Source of the DNA: Candidatus Thorarchaeota archaeon
GTDB taxonomy: Archaea > Asgardarchaeota > Thorarchaeia > Thorarchaeales > Thorarchaeaceae
DNA: 64,000 nt
Direction of reading: 5' to 3'
NCBI GenBank assembly: GCA_003345545.1
Contig: PRDH01000035.1
Coordinates: 1-64,000, forward strand
Position 1 is the first letter of the stretch, and the number at the start of each line of letters is the position of its first letter. Shown piece after piece: positions 9,612 through 19,870 of the stretch. The translations under genes were made by a program, and so were the position numbers. A model generated the notes under the pieces. It made no database searches. It had not been told where the DNA came from and saw only the letters and a program-made list of their open reading frames with translations.

Positions 9612-10190
9612 ATGTCCGGTTCTGATATCGAAGAACAGTATATACTGGGCCACCTTCAGGCCATGATGCAGATGGTCTCAATCTCTCTGCATAGACAGAA
9701 TGGTCTGCCAGATAATCTTCAAGGACTTGATCCTGAGTACGCCTGCTTGCGGTCAATGATGCTCGAACCACAGAATCCCACGATGTGGAATGCACTGGCG
9801 CTTGTGTACATGATGACCAATAGGTATGATGATGCAGCCGATGCAATAGAGCGGTCTCTCGAATTCGATACCAGCATCGCGTGGACCTGGTCTATCTGGG
9901 GGGACCTACTCGGCCTTATTGGCGATGAGGATGAATCAGAGCGCGCATACCGCATGGCTGTGGAACTGGGATCTGACGAGCCGCATGTTCTTTGGTATCT
10001 GATACGTTGTTACGTGATGCGTGGATATCATCCCGAAGCACTCGTGCTACTTGAGCAGCTTATACCGCAGTATCCCGAGAAGCAGTCACTGTGGGACATC
10101 TACACTGAGTGTTTCCATCGATTGAATCAATCTATCCATGAATCAGATACTGCCAAGGAATTGAAGTGCGTTTACCGTCAATGGGATTGA
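9612..10190 (+). CDS. TPR-repeat protein
   Basis: Helical repeats WNALALVY..A..A..., WSIWGDLLG...AYRMAVEL; SD ggagga upstream. Confidence 0.8.
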   Translation: MSGSDIEEQYILGHLQAMMQMVSISLHRQNGLPDNLQGLDPEYACLRSMMLEPQNPTMWNALALVYMMTNRYDDAADAIERSLEFDTSIAWTWSIWGDLLGLIGDEDESERAYRMAVELGSDEPHVLWYLIRCYVMRGYHPEALVLLEQLIPQYPEKQSLWDIYTECFHRLNQSIHESDTAKELKCVYRQWD

Positions 10191-10220
10191 GTTTGGCTGC
10201 ACGCGGTCACCTGACAACTG

Positions 10221-10688
10221 CTATAGAGTAATAGAGTCTGGCAACGCACAAGCATCAAACGGGAGCACACCCAGTTGTATGAACAGTCTATTCGTTGTTT
10301 CGACAAATCTTGTTTCATCAAATCCTGCCAGTCGGTTCTCTAGAGCGTCATCCAGACTCTGAGCAATGTACATGAAGTCTTCAAGACTCACTGAGTCATC
10401 AAAGACTCCAGAGCGCTTGAGAATCTTGAAGAGAGCTAGATCGTCGGAAGGGTCTTCACCCTCAGCGATCTTCAGGATTCGGCCAGACGTATTCGGAATT
10501 GAGAATATCTGCATTGAAGATGAGAGCGCATCATATATGGCAGCTATGGCGTCCCTAGTCCTTCCTTCTGAAAATCGAATCCAGCCTCCTCTGACATGAA
10601 GCCTCGCTCTCATCAGGAGTGCTTGCTCTTCCTCTAGTGACTCATCAATGGCTCCAAAGTGCGGCATATTCTCGATATTGTTAACCAT
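10221..10688 (-). CDS. Hypothetical protein (all-helical)
   Basis: ORF with protein-like composition filling the gap; no recognised motif. Confidence 0.6.
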   Translation of the reverse strand: MVNNIENMPHFGAIDESLEEEQALLMRARLHVRGGWIRFSEGRTRDAIAAIYDALSSSMQIFSIPNTSGRILKIAEGEDPSDDLALFKILKRSGVFDDSVSLEDFMYIAQSLDDALENRLAGFDETRFVETTNRLFIQLGVLPFDACALPDSITL

Positions 10689-10909
10689 AGTGAATATTAC
10701 TGGGTTGTGAAAGCGGCAAAAAGGAGTGTTCACTCACCATATACTAGAACACGCATGTTTCTGACCATGCCTAATAAAGTCACCAGACTATCGGGATGCC
10801 GGGCTGCGATTCATAGTAGTGAATTCTCTCTGGGTGCCGAAAATAGTCGCGCTCTTGTTTACGAACACTCTAGTTGTTCAGTGGGTCCTGAATTCATGAG
10901 GACTATAGA

Positions 10910-11665
10910 GTGCACCATGATGTGAGCTTTCAGACTGCAGACGCACTAGTGCATGCACGTGTAGGAAGCGGCGTTCCAGCTATTGATAGACTGCTTGAGG
11001 GCGGATACGAATGCGGACTTGTACATCTCTTCTACGGACACGCCTCGTTCTGTGAGGACTTGCTGCGTGCAGCGGTGTGGGCTCAGGTGCCAGAGGCACG
11101 AGATGGATTTGCTGGTCCAGTGATTATCATCGATAGTTCGAATATGATTGACACTCTCAAACTTGCGGACTATGCTTCGGAATACGAATTGAACGCTGAA
11201 GACGTGATGGACAACATCTTCATCTCGAGGGCATTCAACTCCTCTCAGACCTACGATCTTCTGGTCAATCATCTTGACGAATACATGGAACGCATCGCTG
11301 CGAAGATGCTCATAGTCCCTGGTCTGCCTGATCTCTTCACGAGTGAAGGTTTCGATGCTGAGAGGTCTCAGCAGATCGCCCATGCCTCTGCCCGGCTTAT
11401 GGCGAAGACTTTTGAGTATGGACTTGTCACTCTTGTTTCCACGGGCAACCATCAGTTCCCCAAAGGAATTCCGCCCGTTGGCAGGGCACTGGCAAGCAAC
11501 GCTCAAGTCCATATTCTTGTGGAGCGGACTCCGATGAGAACGCTCTACACACTGACCAAACATCCGTCACTTCCTGACCGTACTGAACACCGAACAAGAT
11601 TCTCTGACCACTATGCTGTGACCCTACCATTAGACTATTTCTTTGACGATGGATTGTCTGCTTGA
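10910..11665 (+). CDS. RecA/RadA-fold paralog with a degenerate Walker A
   Basis: SGVPAIDRLLEGGYECGLVHLFYG, VMDNIFISRAFN; no GKT/S. Confidence 0.82.
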   Translation: MHHDVSFQTADALVHARVGSGVPAIDRLLEGGYECGLVHLFYGHASFCEDLLRAAVWAQVPEARDGFAGPVIIIDSSNMIDTLKLADYASEYELNAEDVMDNIFISRAFNSSQTYDLLVNHLDEYMERIAAKMLIVPGLPDLFTSEGFDAERSQQIAHASARLMAKTFEYGLVTLVSTGNHQFPKGIPPVGRALASNAQVHILVERTPMRTLYTLTKHPSLPDRTEHRTRFSDHYAVTLPLDYFFDDGLSA

Positions 11666-11817
11666 GAGGTTCTCCGCACCTAGGATGAGACATCGGGCAA
11701 CAAATCAAGAGCAATCTGTCTGGTCGTGGAATGACATCTATTGCCTTCTTGATGCTCCTTTGGTTTAATAGACCTAATCTTCTGTCGTCATTCTACTTCT
11801 CCAAAAAGGATTGCTTA

Positions 11818-12672
11818 TTAGAATCGCCAGAGGTCGCGCTCAATCTCATCCAATACATTCCCAACTGGGACATCTTTTGAGAACTCGAGCGGAATCACTA
11901 CATCCGGATCTCGTCCGAGTGATACATCTAGGCTGACCTTCAGAATGTAAGAAACGGAAATAAGCTCTCCGCGGAATGGTAATTGGCAATCCAACGTTTT
12001 TCCGACCTGTACATCCTTCCAACTCTCGAAATCAGCAGGAGAAATAGGATAGAACTCAAAGGCCACCGTTTCATGGTTATTCACTACATGATGCTGACAG
12101 AGTGCTTCTTCTCTCTTGAGTATTTCAAACCTGACTCCTTTCACTCGACTCCTCTCACTCACCATGAACCTTACACGTATTCCTCTGTTCATCCATATAG
12201 CATTCGAATCGAGCTTGACATGCAGATGTCCTGATGTCTGATTCAGGCGACGAACATCAAAGATTTCGTGAGGACTAGGAGGTCCTTCCTGTAGGACATA
12301 GAATGATTCTTCCGACAGAGGGTCCGGAGCCCAATTGACCTCAACCACACTCCGGACTGAATACTCAATTGTCCCGTTTCTCCCATGATAGCTTGGCGGT
12401 AGACTGCTCGGCAGTCTGAAGGAAAATGGGAACTGAGATACACCTTCCGGGACGACACCTCCCTCGCTGATTGTGAACACCGTATTGATATGGTGCTTTT
12501 CCTCAACTACATTAGTTTCTCCAGCAGCACGTTCCGTTCTCTCTTTCCCTATTATCTTCAGAACAACCCGGTTGCATTCGTATGACTTGCTAGTTCGTAT
12601 GGTGACTTGACCTGAAAGTGTTTCTCCTGGTTGTAGCCTGTTCTTATCTAGATAGATGCCAGTGGCTCTCAA
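11818..12672 (-). CDS. Arrestin-fold (alpha-arrestin/SpoOM-like) protein
   Basis: PGETLSGQVTI, VLKIIGKERT, FPFSFRLPSSLPPSYHGRNGTIEYSVRS and LISVSYILKVSLD. Confidence 0.8.
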   Translation of the reverse strand: MRATGIYLDKNRLQPGETLSGQVTIRTSKSYECNRVVLKIIGKERTERAAGETNVVEEKHHINTVFTISEGGVVPEGVSQFPFSFRLPSSLPPSYHGRNGTIEYSVRSVVEVNWAPDPLSEESFYVLQEGPPSPHEIFDVRRLNQTSGHLHVKLDSNAIWMNRGIRVRFMVSERSRVKGVRFEILKREEALCQHHVVNNHETVAFEFYPISPADFESWKDVQVGKTLDCQLPFRGELISVSYILKVSLDVSLGRDPDVVIPLEFSKDVPVGNVLDEIERDLWRF

Positions 12673-12956
12673 TCCATCTTCCCTGTGCTATAGTAGAACT
12701 GGAATCAAATAGGTTTTCGCAGCCCACTGGAATAGTCCAGTTACTAGACTTCATCTTAAGAGCAGCATTGAGGAAGATCCTGGCAGTCTCACAGGAAAAG
12801 TAATAAGCTGCATCTCAAATCGTCTGTGAAGTCTAGAATTCGCGAGGAGTCCCAGCAAAAGGAGTGGAACGACTCTACTCCTTGGAAATAGTCCTTCCAC
12901 ACTATTAGTTTTACAGGCCAAAGCACCTCGTCAACAAAGGAGCTGAGGAATGAAGT

Positions 12957-14348
12957 ATGAGGGGGCCGTCCCTAGTCACCATGACCATCTTGTTCTTACT
13001 ACCGGCCATTTCTGGCATGCCAATGCTTGCACTAGTAGATGTTGATGATTCAGTTCGCAGTTCTGGGTCAGCTGGATTTGCAGATGGTTCCTTAGAGAAC
13101 ATAAGTGTACTAGAAGACACTAGTGTTCTCAATGGGTCATATGCTGATTACAACTTTGTTTCTGAACCGTATATGTACCTTGGAACAGGCTGGGATGGTT
13201 TTGAGTGGTTCATCGGCCGTTCTTGGTTCAAATTCAATCTCAGTGAGGTGAATACGCCATTCTTTCGGGCGACTATGTATGTGTACAATGACCTCGAGTG
13301 GGCCGAATCCTATGCTGATGAACCCATCGGGGTCTACTACTGTGGGAATGATTCTTGGAATGAGTCAACTTTGACATGGAACCTTCAGCCAGCGATTTCT
13401 TCAGGACCTTCAGATGTCATCAGTTCCCCGGCAAGCCCTGACATGTTTATCGAGAATAACTGGTATGGTTGGGAAGTCACGGATGATGTTCGCATGGCAT
13501 TGGCTGGTGATGAGATACTTACTGAGGTCCTCAGACAGACTGTAGAAATAGGGACAGAGAATGCGCTCGATCTTGTCGCTGAATCAAGCCACCAACCTCA
13601 GTATGCTGCATACATTGAAGTATCATTTACAAATCCGACTGTAGTTAATCTGACGACTAGTGGACGTTCAGGTCCGCCCTTGATCAATTACATTCAGGAT
13701 TCGACGCCAGCTTTTGGCTGGGAAATCACTGATCCTGACCTTGGCGATTACCAGAGTGGATACAATGTCGAGGTCTGGGATAATGAATACTATAATGAAA
13801 CACTGCTATGGATCGCCACGAGCGAGGAGGGATCCGGAACCTCAATCGATTATGCTGGTCCTCCACTGGTCAACAACACCACATACTACTGGCGGGTCAA
13901 ATCCTGTGACAGCTACGGTCTCTGGTCGGACTGGGCTGCACAGAGCTTCACTTACAGACCTCTCACTAGTGTTCCGAGCTATGAAGAGCCGATTGTCCGT
14001 CCGGAGATTGTGTATGTTGGAGATGAGGTGACAGCCTTCATAAACGTGACCTACTTCCTGGGAGTGAACGCTGTTGATATCCAGTTCGGGGGGAGCAATC
14101 ATTCAATGACTGCCAGCGGGGATACATACTCATACAGCTGGACTCCTACCGAAGCAGGCACACTGAACTATACTATCTACATGGTGAGTGCCATTGATAC
14201 ATTCACTTCGGTAGAAGGTAGTATAGAAGTGCTTGCCGTTGGTTTTGGCGGCGATACTGCAACCTTCTTAATAATCATCGGAGCGGCAGCTCTGGTCGGG
14301 GTCGTAGTAGCAGCCATATTGCGGAAGAGAAGTGTACCTGCAAAATGA
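12957..14348 (+). CDS. Cell-surface protein with a DNRLRE/CBM96-like domain, Ig/FN3-like domains and a C-terminal TM anchor
   Basis: Signal peptide; RSWFKFNLS, SWNESTLTWNLQP, TYYWRVKSCDSYGLWSDW; TM plus RKR tail. Confidence 0.78.
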   Translation: MRGPSLVTMTILFLLPAISGMPMLALVDVDDSVRSSGSAGFADGSLENISVLEDTSVLNGSYADYNFVSEPYMYLGTGWDGFEWFIGRSWFKFNLSEVNTPFFRATMYVYNDLEWAESYADEPIGVYYCGNDSWNESTLTWNLQPAISSGPSDVISSPASPDMFIENNWYGWEVTDDVRMALAGDEILTEVLRQTVEIGTENALDLVAESSHQPQYAAYIEVSFTNPTVVNLTTSGRSGPPLINYIQDSTPAFGWEITDPDLGDYQSGYNVEVWDNEYYNETLLWIATSEEGSGTSIDYAGPPLVNNTTYYWRVKSCDSYGLWSDWAAQSFTYRPLTSVPSYEEPIVRPEIVYVGDEVTAFINVTYFLGVNAVDIQFGGSNHSMTASGDTYSYSWTPTEAGTLNYTIYMVSAIDTFTSVEGSIEVLAVGFGGDTATFLIIIGAAALVGVVVAAILRKRSVPAK

Positions 14349-14402
14349 TACAAATGGACAACACGGAATGTCGGGGGTGGCCTATGCGCACCATCGGTCC
14401 AT

Positions 14403-15284
14403 CTACTTCTTTTCTATCTCAGGACTAGTCTTTCCTTGTTCTTGGTATTTGCTGAGTAGAATCACACCAATGATTCCGGATCCTAGACCAATCCCATAGA
14501 AGAGGGCGTTCGTTATTATCTGCCCGAAGATCATGATGCCGCCAAGAACCACAGCGAACATGCTGACGGTCCCAGTTATTGCATTGAATCTGGATGCTGG
14601 ATTTCGTTGGAGACCTATCGATACTGTGTAAATGGCTGCGATTGCAGTGAAGATGCCCAGCAGGACAAGAGGCAAGAAGGCGTTGATAAAGCCCTGAACA
14701 ATATCGGCAGTTCCGAACAGCTCCAACGTGAACCATTGGGTGAACTGCGCCGCCAAGGCCTGAAAGAATGAGGTAATCGGTGCCCATAGGATAGCGATTC
14801 GGCTTGTCCCACCCGCCATGAGCCCAATCCCCACGAGCATGGTCCCGGAATACAGGAGGATGCCAGTGAATTCTGTGAACATTGTCGGTTCGGTCACACC
14901 ACCAAACGCAATGAAGACAGGTGTGAGGATCATCAGCACAATCCCAATTGCCGCAGGCATGTCGAGCCTCTCCCCAAGGCGGCGAATCGAGAAGAACACA
15001 AGGGCAATGAGTCCCACATTCATAAGGGGTTGGATTACCACGATTCCTGCAAGATTCGTTGCAAGCATGTAGGTGAGTCCACCGATGAGTGCCAATCCGA
15101 ATCCGAGGACCCACCGAGGTTTTGAGAAGAGCTTTCGTGTGTGTTTCAGTGGGTTCTTGGCATCGATTTCCTCCATCTCTGCAAGGGCTTCCTTCTGCAC
15201 TATGGGTGCTATGTTCCAGAGTAGTGATGTTGTCAGTGCAAGGATGATGCCAAGGATATCGTTCGGAATGCCGAATAGCTGCAT
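14403..15284 (-). CDS. DMT-superfamily membrane transporter-like protein
   Basis: About 9 TM segments; QKEAL...LFSKPRW, VVIQPL and LGERL pattern. Confidence 0.75.
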   Translation of the reverse strand: MQLFGIPNDILGIILALTTSLLWNIAPIVQKEALAEMEEIDAKNPLKHTRKLFSKPRWVLGFGLALIGGLTYMLATNLAGIVVIQPLMNVGLIALVFFSIRRLGERLDMPAAIGIVLMILTPVFIAFGGVTEPTMFTEFTGILLYSGTMLVGIGLMAGGTSRIAILWAPITSFFQALAAQFTQWFTLELFGTADIVQGFINAFLPLVLLGIFTAIAAIYTVSIGLQRNPASRFNAITGTVSMFAVVLGGIMIFGQIITNALFYGIGLGSGIIGVILLSKYQEQGKTSPEIEKK

Positions 15285-15350
15285 TTTGATTCGCCTGCGC
15301 ACGGTGAGTTTGCCTAATAAGGAATATCATGGATTTCTTCTGATATCGAG

Positions 15351-16097
15351 TCATGCAACAAGTTCAGACTGAATTAAGCAGACCTTCCTGATTCGATTAG
15401 TGATGCTCTCAGCTGCTCTCTCTCCTCCCATGAAGACACGCAGTTTCGAGTCTTCGTACGCGATGGCAACACCGCCCAAGAAGGGCTCTCTATCATCCCT
15501 CGTGAGAGCTCTTCCGCTGAGTGCTCTCTTGGCAGACATCAGCGAGAGGTCGTGAGTCACATGGATATGCAGTTGATTCTCCTTGAGCGATACGAAACGC
15601 CTGAGGGTATCGTCCAACAACCTTGCCTGAAATCTATCGAAGGATTCTATACGACCTTCGAACTCCCCATCTGCCCATCGATTGACGAACTCAGTCACGT
15701 TGTTTCCATTTGGGTTCAGGTTCTTCCATACCTTGTCATCAGTGTATTCGGGTCTGGCCAATGTTGGAAGTGAATCCATATCGATGACCTCGCCGCCCGC
15801 CTGAATGAACCCCTGCGAAATTCCCTCTGCGGTCTCATAGCATCTGGGGACAATGCTGAAGAAGATGTGTGCTTTTCTCTGGACTGGAACCCGCCGTCCC
15901 ATCTCTACTGACATGGCCTTTCCCAGAGGAGTCAATCCAACACTCAGCATGTCACTATGGTGTCGCATAATCTCTCTGTGCGAGTGTCTGATTAGAATCA
16001 TGACAGGCTTCTCAGGATCAGCTTTGGCTATCCAGTGAATCAACTGCCTTGCTCTGGCCGTCCATTTCTTGTTCTTCCAGTCTTCTGCGCTAGTCAC
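15351..16097 (-). CDS. Histidine phosphatase family protein
   Basis: LIRHSHR, LTPLG, SIVPRCYETA and VTHD. Confidence 0.85.
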   Translation of the reverse strand: MTSAEDWKNKKWTARARQLIHWIAKADPEKPVMILIRHSHREIMRHHSDMLSVGLTPLGKAMSVEMGRRVPVQRKAHIFFSIVPRCYETAEGISQGFIQAGGEVIDMDSLPTLARPEYTDDKVWKNLNPNGNNVTEFVNRWADGEFEGRIESFDRFQARLLDDTLRRFVSLKENQLHIHVTHDLSLMSAKRALSGRALTRDDREPFLGGVAIAYEDSKLRVFMGGERAAESITNRIRKVCLIQSELVA

Positions 16098-16227
16098 GAC
16101 TCTTTCTCCTCGCTTGCATTATTCGCGGTAGCACCTCTATTTGAGTCTGTTCAAATAACGTACCTGCAACAGTGCAGGGTAATCCAGGGGCATGCACTCA
16201 AACGAATCCGGAATGTGAACGGGGCCT

Positions 16228-16527
16228 TCAGAGCTTGTTGTTTCTCGTCGTATCCTGACGGAACTGCACCCTGTAGCCTTCAGAAGTCACGCTGACCCTT
16301 GCCTCTAACCTGAAGGCTTCACAGAACTTGAGCGCTTGAAACACATCTTCATACTTGCTTGTGTCATAGAGAAGGATTGCCCATTCGTTCTTGGTGTGTC
16401 CTATTGCATTATCGATTGCCTGTATCTTCTGTTTACAGTAGCCATCGGGGCAGTCAGAGGTCATCAGTATTGTACTCCATCCTTCAGGTATGTCCAGGAG
16501 AGTCGGGGGCGCAGATTTCAATTCCAA
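16228..16527 (-). CDS. Hypothetical protein
   Basis: 99-aa ORF co-oriented with its neighbours. Confidence 0.5.
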   Translation of the reverse strand: MELKSAPPTLLDIPEGWSTILMTSDCPDGYCKQKIQAIDNAIGHTKNEWAILLYDTSKYEDVFQALKFCEAFRLEARVSVTSEGYRVQFRQDTTRNNKL

Positions 16528-16596
16528 TATAGCGGTTCCGGTCTGTGGTGCAATACTATAACGCAGAATGCCGCATCATGAATCAAGGAGATAGAA

Positions 16597-17517
16597 CTAA
16601 TCGGATGTTTCGCTCTCAGCAATCCTCTTTCTGAGGTAATGTTCACAAAGCCAAGGGAATTTCGACTCTGAGAGTCTCACGAGGGGTGTGGCTGTCTTGA
16701 TGAACTGATGCTTCTTCATGCTCCTCAGGATTTGTTCGATGTCTCTTAAATCATCGACAACGAATTCCACAAAGACTTCTGGAGATGTCGCGACAAAATA
16801 GGTGTCCCAGTACTCTCTAGGAAACGATTCTCTGAGCCATTTCGCTAGTTTATCGGCTGTTGTGGCTCTCTCATCATAGATCGTTCTCATGAAAAATTGA
16901 ATGCAGCCGCCCGCGACAAGATTCCACCGCGCAGCAGTCCATATGCAATCAGTCTCTGAGAAACGATCCAGAATTCTCTTGACACGTCGGGCAGTGAGTC
17001 CTGTCTTCTCTGAAATCTCTCTAATTGGCATCCGAGCATCATCGACTAGAACTTTGAGCACTCTGAGGTCCGCCTTCTTTAGCTCAGCCTTTCCCCCTCT
17101 CCGGTACAGAATCGGGTAAATCTCAAGACGGATTACTTCCTTGTTGCTCCGAATGAAGGATCCTATCTGATTAAGTCCTTCAGACTTGATGTACTGAGCA
17201 GCGAGATGATACACACCACCCTCTGTGCATGCGATCAGTCCCACAAAAATAGTCATTGGACTCTGACCAAGTTTCGTGATGAATTCCTCGGGGTCCTCTG
17301 TTCCATCAGTGTACACGAGCGCAAACATGATGTCAGCGTCAATCATCTCTGCGCTCAGGCTGACCATGAATCTATCAATAATACCGGCCTCCATCATCTT
17401 GAGAATTCTGCCTCGGATACCGTTTGCAGTGAGTCCGAACTTCCTTGCGAGCGCTTGGTATGAAATCCTGCAGTTCTCATGAAGCTCCCATATGATTCCT
17501 CTGTCAATCGTGTCCAC
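16597..17517 (-). CDS. Lrp/AsnC-type transcriptional regulator with two HTH modules
   Basis: MDTIDRGIIWELHENCRISYQALA and ADLRVLKVLVDDARMPIREISEKTG. Confidence 0.88.
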   Translation of the reverse strand: MDTIDRGIIWELHENCRISYQALARKFGLTANGIRGRILKMMEAGIIDRFMVSLSAEMIDADIMFALVYTDGTEDPEEFITKLGQSPMTIFVGLIACTEGGVYHLAAQYIKSEGLNQIGSFIRSNKEVIRLEIYPILYRRGGKAELKKADLRVLKVLVDDARMPIREISEKTGLTARRVKRILDRFSETDCIWTAARWNLVAGGCIQFFMRTIYDERATTADKLAKWLRESFPREYWDTYFVATSPEVFVEFVVDDLRDIEQILRSMKKHQFIKTATPLVRLSESKFPWLCEHYLRKRIAESETSD

Positions 17518-17884
17518 TTGATATCAACCAATCCACTTTGTTTCCACTTTCCATCTCTCGCAATTGGTATTGTTACAAATCAAACTGCCTTTTTTCGATT
17601 TCCATTCTTTTTCAGAAAGCGATTTAGTATTGGCATGATTCTTCTCGGAAGAACCGAGCTTCAAGGATTAGTAGCGGCTAAAACGCCGCACTATCGTCAC
17701 AAATGCTACTCGACTTAGTTTCGACCATCTCTCACGGTTGTCTGAGTTCTTTGAGGTGAACTATCTCGGGTCAGAAAACCCTAGTAGCGATGCCTGCCAC
17801 GAAGCTGTGTCGAGGCTTGGTAGGTACCGCAAAGGTTACTTATGGTCAGGCGTGTGCCATCCAGACTGAGCGAGGTTTGAGCAG

Positions 17885-19870
17885 ATGAGCGAGTTCAAAC
17901 TGGTTGCCCCTTTCAAGCCAACAGGCGACCAACCACAGGCAATTGCCAAGCTAGTGGAGGGTCTCGAGAGTGGACTTGAACATCAGACGCTTCTGGGAGT
18001 CACAGGTTCAGGCAAGACGTTCACCATGGCCAATGTCATAGAGGCTGTGCAGAAGCCCACTCTGGTCATCTCTCACAATAAAACTCTGGCAGCACAGCTC
18101 GCTTCTGAATACAAGCAGTTCTTTCCATCGAATGCAGTGGAGTACTTCGTCAGCTACTATGATTACTACCAGCCTGAGGCGTATGTTCCCTCAAAGGACA
18201 TGTACATCGAGAAAGAGACCGACATCAATGAAGAGATCGAACGACTCCGCCACTCAACGACTCACTCACTCCGTTCTCGAAAGGATGTCGTTGTGGTAGC
18301 ATCAGTGTCCTGCATCTATGGTGTGGGGGACCCCAGCGAGTACGATTACTTCAGGATGTACATCGAGCGCGGAAAGAAGGTCGACAGGAGAGAGATTCTG
18401 GAACGCCTTGTTGCCATGCAATACGAACGCAACGATATGGATGTCAAGCCGGGAGTCTTCAGGGTCAGAGGCGATGTCATCGATGTGTACCCGTCAGGGT
18501 CCGAAAATAGCATCCGGATAGAGCTTGACGGCGATGTTGTTGACAGGCTCACTCTTCTTGAACGCCTCACTGCCAGAAAGATTGGAAGTCCTGACTGGTT
18601 TGAACTCTACCCCGCCCGTCATCATATCGCACGATATGAGAAAGTTGTTGAGGTCCTCGATGAGATCGAGCAGGAGATGGAAGAGCGCGTTGAGTGGTTC
18701 AAGAAAGAGGGCAAATTAGTCGAGGCGGACCGCCTGAAGCGCAGAACCCTGTTCGATCTTGAGATGCTGAGAGAGACTGGCATGTGTCAGGGGATTGAGA
18801 ACTACTCACGATTCATTGATGGCCGTGCAAAGGGTGTGAAACCCTATACCCTGCTGGATTACTTCCCTGATGACTTCCTGATGATTCTTGATGAGAGTCA
18901 TATGACCATCCCCCAGTTACATGGGATGTACAATGGCGACCTTGCTCGGAAGCAGAACCTTGTTGATTATGGTTTCAGGTTGCCTTCCGCGATTGACAAC
19001 AGACCCCTGAAGTTCCACGAGTTTGAGAAGTACATGAGGCGCGTCATCTACACAACCGCGACACCTGGCCCGTTTGAAAAGAAGGTGAGTCAGCAGATAG
19101 TTGAGCAGCTGGTTCGACCAACCGGGCTCCTAGACCCTGAGGTCATCGTCAAGCCTGTAGTAGGTCAGGTGGACCATCTCCTTGGAGAGATCAAGAGGAC
19201 AGTCACTCTGGGTGACCGAATCCTAGTCACGACACTCACAAAGAAGACTGCTGAGATGCTGAGTGAGTATCTCGTAGACGCCGGTGTCAAGGCGCGATAT
19301 CTCCACTCCGATATAGGGACCGTCGAGCGAATTGAGATTGTTCGCGAACTTCGTCAGGGAAAGTTTGACGTCTTGGTCGGAATCAACCTCCTTCGAGAGG
19401 GACTTGACCTCCCAGAGGTCTCTTTGGTGGCAATTTTGGATGCTGATAAGGAAGGTTTCCTACGAACGGACTGGGCACTCATTCAGACGATGGGCCGAGC
19501 AGCAAGAAACGCTAATGGTCGTGTGGTTCTCTTTGGTGACCATGTTTCAGACGCGATGCAGAGTGCCATCGATGAAACCAACCGAAGACGTCGCTATCAG
19601 ACGAAATACAACGAGGAACATGGCATTCGACCGACGTCAATTGTGAAGGGCATTCAGGACATTGCACAGGGTATTGTCAAGCCTGAGAAAGAAGCTCAGA
19701 CAAAGCTAGAGGACTTTGACCCATTTGAGGTGGATGAACTTGCTGACTACATTATCGACTTGGAAGAACAAATGAAGGAGGCTGCCCGGAACCTTGAGTT
19801 CGAGAAGGCGGCGAAGCTCCGAGATCAGATTGCAGGATTACGGAAGAGGATAGAAGGAGTTCAAGAGTGA
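17885..19870 (+). CDS. uvrB: Excinuclease ABC subunit B
   Basis: GDQPQAI, GVTGSGKT, YYDYYQPEAY, DESH, GINLLREGLD, QTMGRAARN and a C-terminal UVR domain. Confidence 0.98.
   Translation: MSEFKLVAPFKPTGDQPQAIAKLVEGLESGLEHQTLLGVTGSGKTFTMANVIEAVQKPTLVISHNKTLAAQLASEYKQFFPSNAVEYFVSYYDYYQPEAYVPSKDMYIEKETDINEEIERLRHSTTHSLRSRKDVVVVASVSCIYGVGDPSEYDYFRMYIERGKKVDRREILERLVAMQYERNDMDVKPGVFRVRGDVIDVYPSGSENSIRIELDGDVVDRLTLLERLTARKIGSPDWFELYPARHHIARYEKVVEVLDEIEQEMEERVEWFKKEGKLVEADRLKRRTLFDLEMLRETGMCQGIENYSRFIDGRAKGVKPYTLLDYFPDDFLMILDESHMTIPQLHGMYNGDLARKQNLVDYGFRLPSAIDNRPLKFHEFEKYMRRVIYTTATPGPFEKKVSQQIVEQLVRPTGLLDPEVIVKPVVGQVDHLLGEIKRTVTLGDRILVTTLTKKTAEMLSEYLVDAGVKARYLHSDIGTVERIEIVRELRQGKFDVLVGINLLREGLDLPEVSLVAILDADKEGFLRTDWALIQTMGRAARNANGRVVLFGDHVSDAMQSAIDETNRRRRYQTKYNEEHGIRPTSIVKGIQDIAQGIVKPEKEAQTKLEDFDPFEVDELADYIIDLEEQMKEAARNLEFEKAAKLRDQIAGLRKRIEGVQE

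Noticed and set aside
9412-9666. 84-aa ORF upstream of the TPR gene
   Set aside because: It has no motif or clear ribosome-binding site and overlaps the next gene, so it cannot be supported.
14425-15354. 309-aa alternative-frame ORF
   Set aside because: It fully overlaps the DMT-like transporter on the same strand and has an atypical composition; a shadow ORF.
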